From Chrysomallon squamiferum (taxonomy: Eukaryota; Animalia; Mollusca): a DNA stretch of 64,000 bases. Each line of letters starts with the position of its first letter. Positions within the stretch are counted from its first letter, which is position 1. The translations under genes were made by a program, and so were the position numbers. Where the stretch lies: contig CM022665.1 of NCBI GenBank assembly GCA_012295275.1, forward strand, positions 6,200,001-6,264,000. Direction: 5' to 3'. Of the stretch, positions 61,832 through 64,000 are shown piece by piece. Under the pieces are notes generated by a model, which was given only the letters and a program-made list of their open reading frames with translations, ran no database searches and was not told where the DNA came from.

Positions 61832-63278
61832 ATTTTGTTTTGCCGTGGTTGCTTTAATTATATATTACTTGCTTATGTGAGTTGGTGTTAGTGTCTGTAC
61901 ATATATATGTTTCTTTAGTTAATTAATTAATTATACATAATTTATTTATAAGTGTTACACCATGTAAAATAATATATTTACCACAAAAGGTTTCTAGTGA
62001 GAATTCTAAGGAAGCCTACACTTGCATTTTTCTGCCTTTTGTAATTTGGTTTTGTATAAAAATACATGATGTTATTTTGGGCTTTTATCTATTTTCACAG
62101 ATAAAGACTGATTTCTTTAAAGACTTTCTGATTATTTATTATTAATTTTATTTTTAAATACATACACTGTTAAAAGACATCGTTCCAGAGTCTAGACTAT
62201 TAGATGCTGGCGTTTGCGAACTTCTAATATTGCTGTGGTTTTTTTCCTCCATTCTAGACAAGATAGCATGCTTTAACAATGATTATTCACTAACCTACGT
62301 GAAATTTAGTATCTTTTTAATTATCTTTTTAAATGAAGAAAACTATTACTGTGTATCTGCAATATCAGTATTCTGTAAAAAAAAAAAAAATTATTCTCAG
62401 TTTTAGGCAAGCCTGGAGATTACCTTTGTTTTTACTATGAACACTATTACAAACTGAATGAGGAGTGGGTAGCGGTTGACCACTGCAATACGTGTACATG
62501 TACGTCACGTGGCATGCGATGTACAGTCAAACCATGTAAAAACACAGGATTTGGTACGTGAATGTTCCAATGCGTAATACACATAGTACTATGTATATAG
62601 AAACACACACATATACACACATACATACATATGTACATACATAAACATAGATACATACCTTTTTTAGTTGTTTTCTTCTTCTTCTGTATTTTTTTATTTT
62701 TTGTTTGTTTGTTTGTTTTTTTCACTATTTTTGCTCTTGTTGTTTGTTGGTTTTTTTTGGGGGGGAGTGTTTTTTTACATAAAAATGATTATTATTGCTT
62801 TGGTTGTGTTTAAAACCATATTAATGCTGTAAGAATTGTCAAAATTTAAGTCACATAAACATTGCTACGGTTTCTGTGCAGAGAGCTTTAATTATTACAA
62901 GTTTAAAATTTATTTTCAGTCAGGTACCTAAAAAAACTAAAACAAAAACTATAAAGATATACGTGTAATTAACCGAAATTAACACAACGTTGTACCAGAT
63001 TCCTAACATGTCGCCTATAGATAACAACAACACTAAAATTATGAGAGTAATCGCGAGTAGACTATATATAGTTCACAAAACAGACAGTCGTTGTTTCAGC
63101 AAAGCCTCAGACAGGAAGACTGGGAGACTGCAATTACCACGGCTCGTGGTATCTTCATCTGGATCAGTGGCTGGCACAAGATGGCTGCAACACGTGTGTT
63201 TGTGTCGAGCCTGGAAACTATCGAGGACTTCAGATATGTACTGAAAATAAGTGTGTGCCAATCAGCATTGGAAAATAA
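61227..63278 (+). CDS. Secreted protein with three 6-Cys VWC/pacifastin-like modules, 171 aa, 4 exons
   Basis: Exons 61227-61275 (MYLTTELVFVFLSVLL), 61545-61685, 62407-62553, 63100-63278, all joined in phase 1. Each module reads C-x-Y..W..D-x-C-N-x-C-x-C..C-T-xxx-C; the protein ends PISIGK*. Confidence 0.85.
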
Positions 63279-63630
63279 AAGACTGGAAAGATTTATTTTA
63301 TTTTTATTTTATTTTATTTTATTTTATTTTTTTATATATATATGTGTGGTATAATATAATATGATATGATATGATATGATATAACATAATATAATATATA
63401 TATATATATATACATTTGTGCTTGTATGTGTGTGTGTGTTCTGGTGTCTGTGTGTGTGTGTAGTTATTTAGTTGTTTGAATCCTTAAAGATGAGTATAAT
63501 TTTTTTTTATTGTAACAATTATGTTTCAAAACCGCACCATTAAAAACATCCATACGAACGAATGAGTGAATGAAAGAAATTTTAGATCATTTTTAAGTTC
63601 ACTGTTCTCAAGTGTCAGACATATTTTTCA

Positions 63631-63812
63631 GGAAGGGAATGTTTTATTTAACCACGCTCTCGGTACATTATATTTGGCTTACAACCACTCAGATGAGGAG
63701 AGGCGAAACCCGAAGCCGCTGCTTCTTCGTATGGTACTTTTTACTGATCAGCAGCAAGTAATCTATTATCTGCACCACTCTACCGACATAACGGCATCTT
63801 CTAAGCCTTTGT
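63631..63812 (-). mobile_element. SINE-like interspersed repeat, reverse orientation; further fragment at ~63870-63990
   Basis: GGAAGGGAATGTTTTATTTAACCACGC..CCACTCAGAT..GAAACCCG..ATCAGCAGCAAG..TGCACCA..AGCCTTTG; several related copies in the window; resembles an abundant gastropod repeat (from memory). Confidence 0.5.
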
Positions 63813-64000
63813 GTCAATGTTACAGACCAATTTGGTTATTTGTATCGCGATAGTTATGAGATAGAAAGACGGCTTCCCCAATTCCTTCGATCAGCGGAAA
63901 GGGATATTTTATTTACAGTTTCTCGTAGGTGCAAAAGAGAAACCTCTGGCTTTAGAGAAACCAGTCGCTAAACCGTGACTGGAACAGACGCACGCTCCCG

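Noticed and set aside
61280-61891. 203-aa ORF with poly-Tyr/Asn/Asp tracts
   Set aside because: Only 61545-61685 is an exon; the rest is translated trinucleotide microsatellite.

Overview
AT-rich, microsatellite-laden animal genomic DNA with spliceosomal introns; repeat content and gene style suggest a mollusc, probably a gastropod (inference). From start to end: (1) 1-17.8 kb holds the 5' part of a large minus-strand gene with at least two alternative N-terminal coding exons (13900-15669 and 7373-7657, both ending on phase-0 GT donors), tentatively an inositol-trisphosphate 3-kinase; its catalytic exons lie outside the window. One intron carries a 2.85-kb Sola2-like DNA transposon with ~630-bp TIRs, an ATAT TSD and a decayed ARL14EP-N-like Cys/His domain. 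(2) 18-26.5 kb is a rearranged zone with an inverted exon duplication, a 135-bp tandem duplication and a decayed Sola2-type transposase. (3) Complete PSMC1 (12 exons, one GC-AG intron, Tigger and possible RTE relics in intron 2) is followed by complete BBS1 (15 exons, X-box-like promoter element). (4) 53-63.3 kb is a co-oriented cluster of three small genes predicted to encode secreted proteins, missed or mis-called by the ORF track: a 52-aa Gly/Tyr/Trp peptide, an 85-aa Gly/Tyr/Met peptide and a 171-aa protein with three 6-Cys VWC/pacifastin-like modules. This cluster is the best candidate for an undescribed system (structural or sclerotising matrix). All gene models and family assignments were made by eye, from recalled motifs, without database searches.
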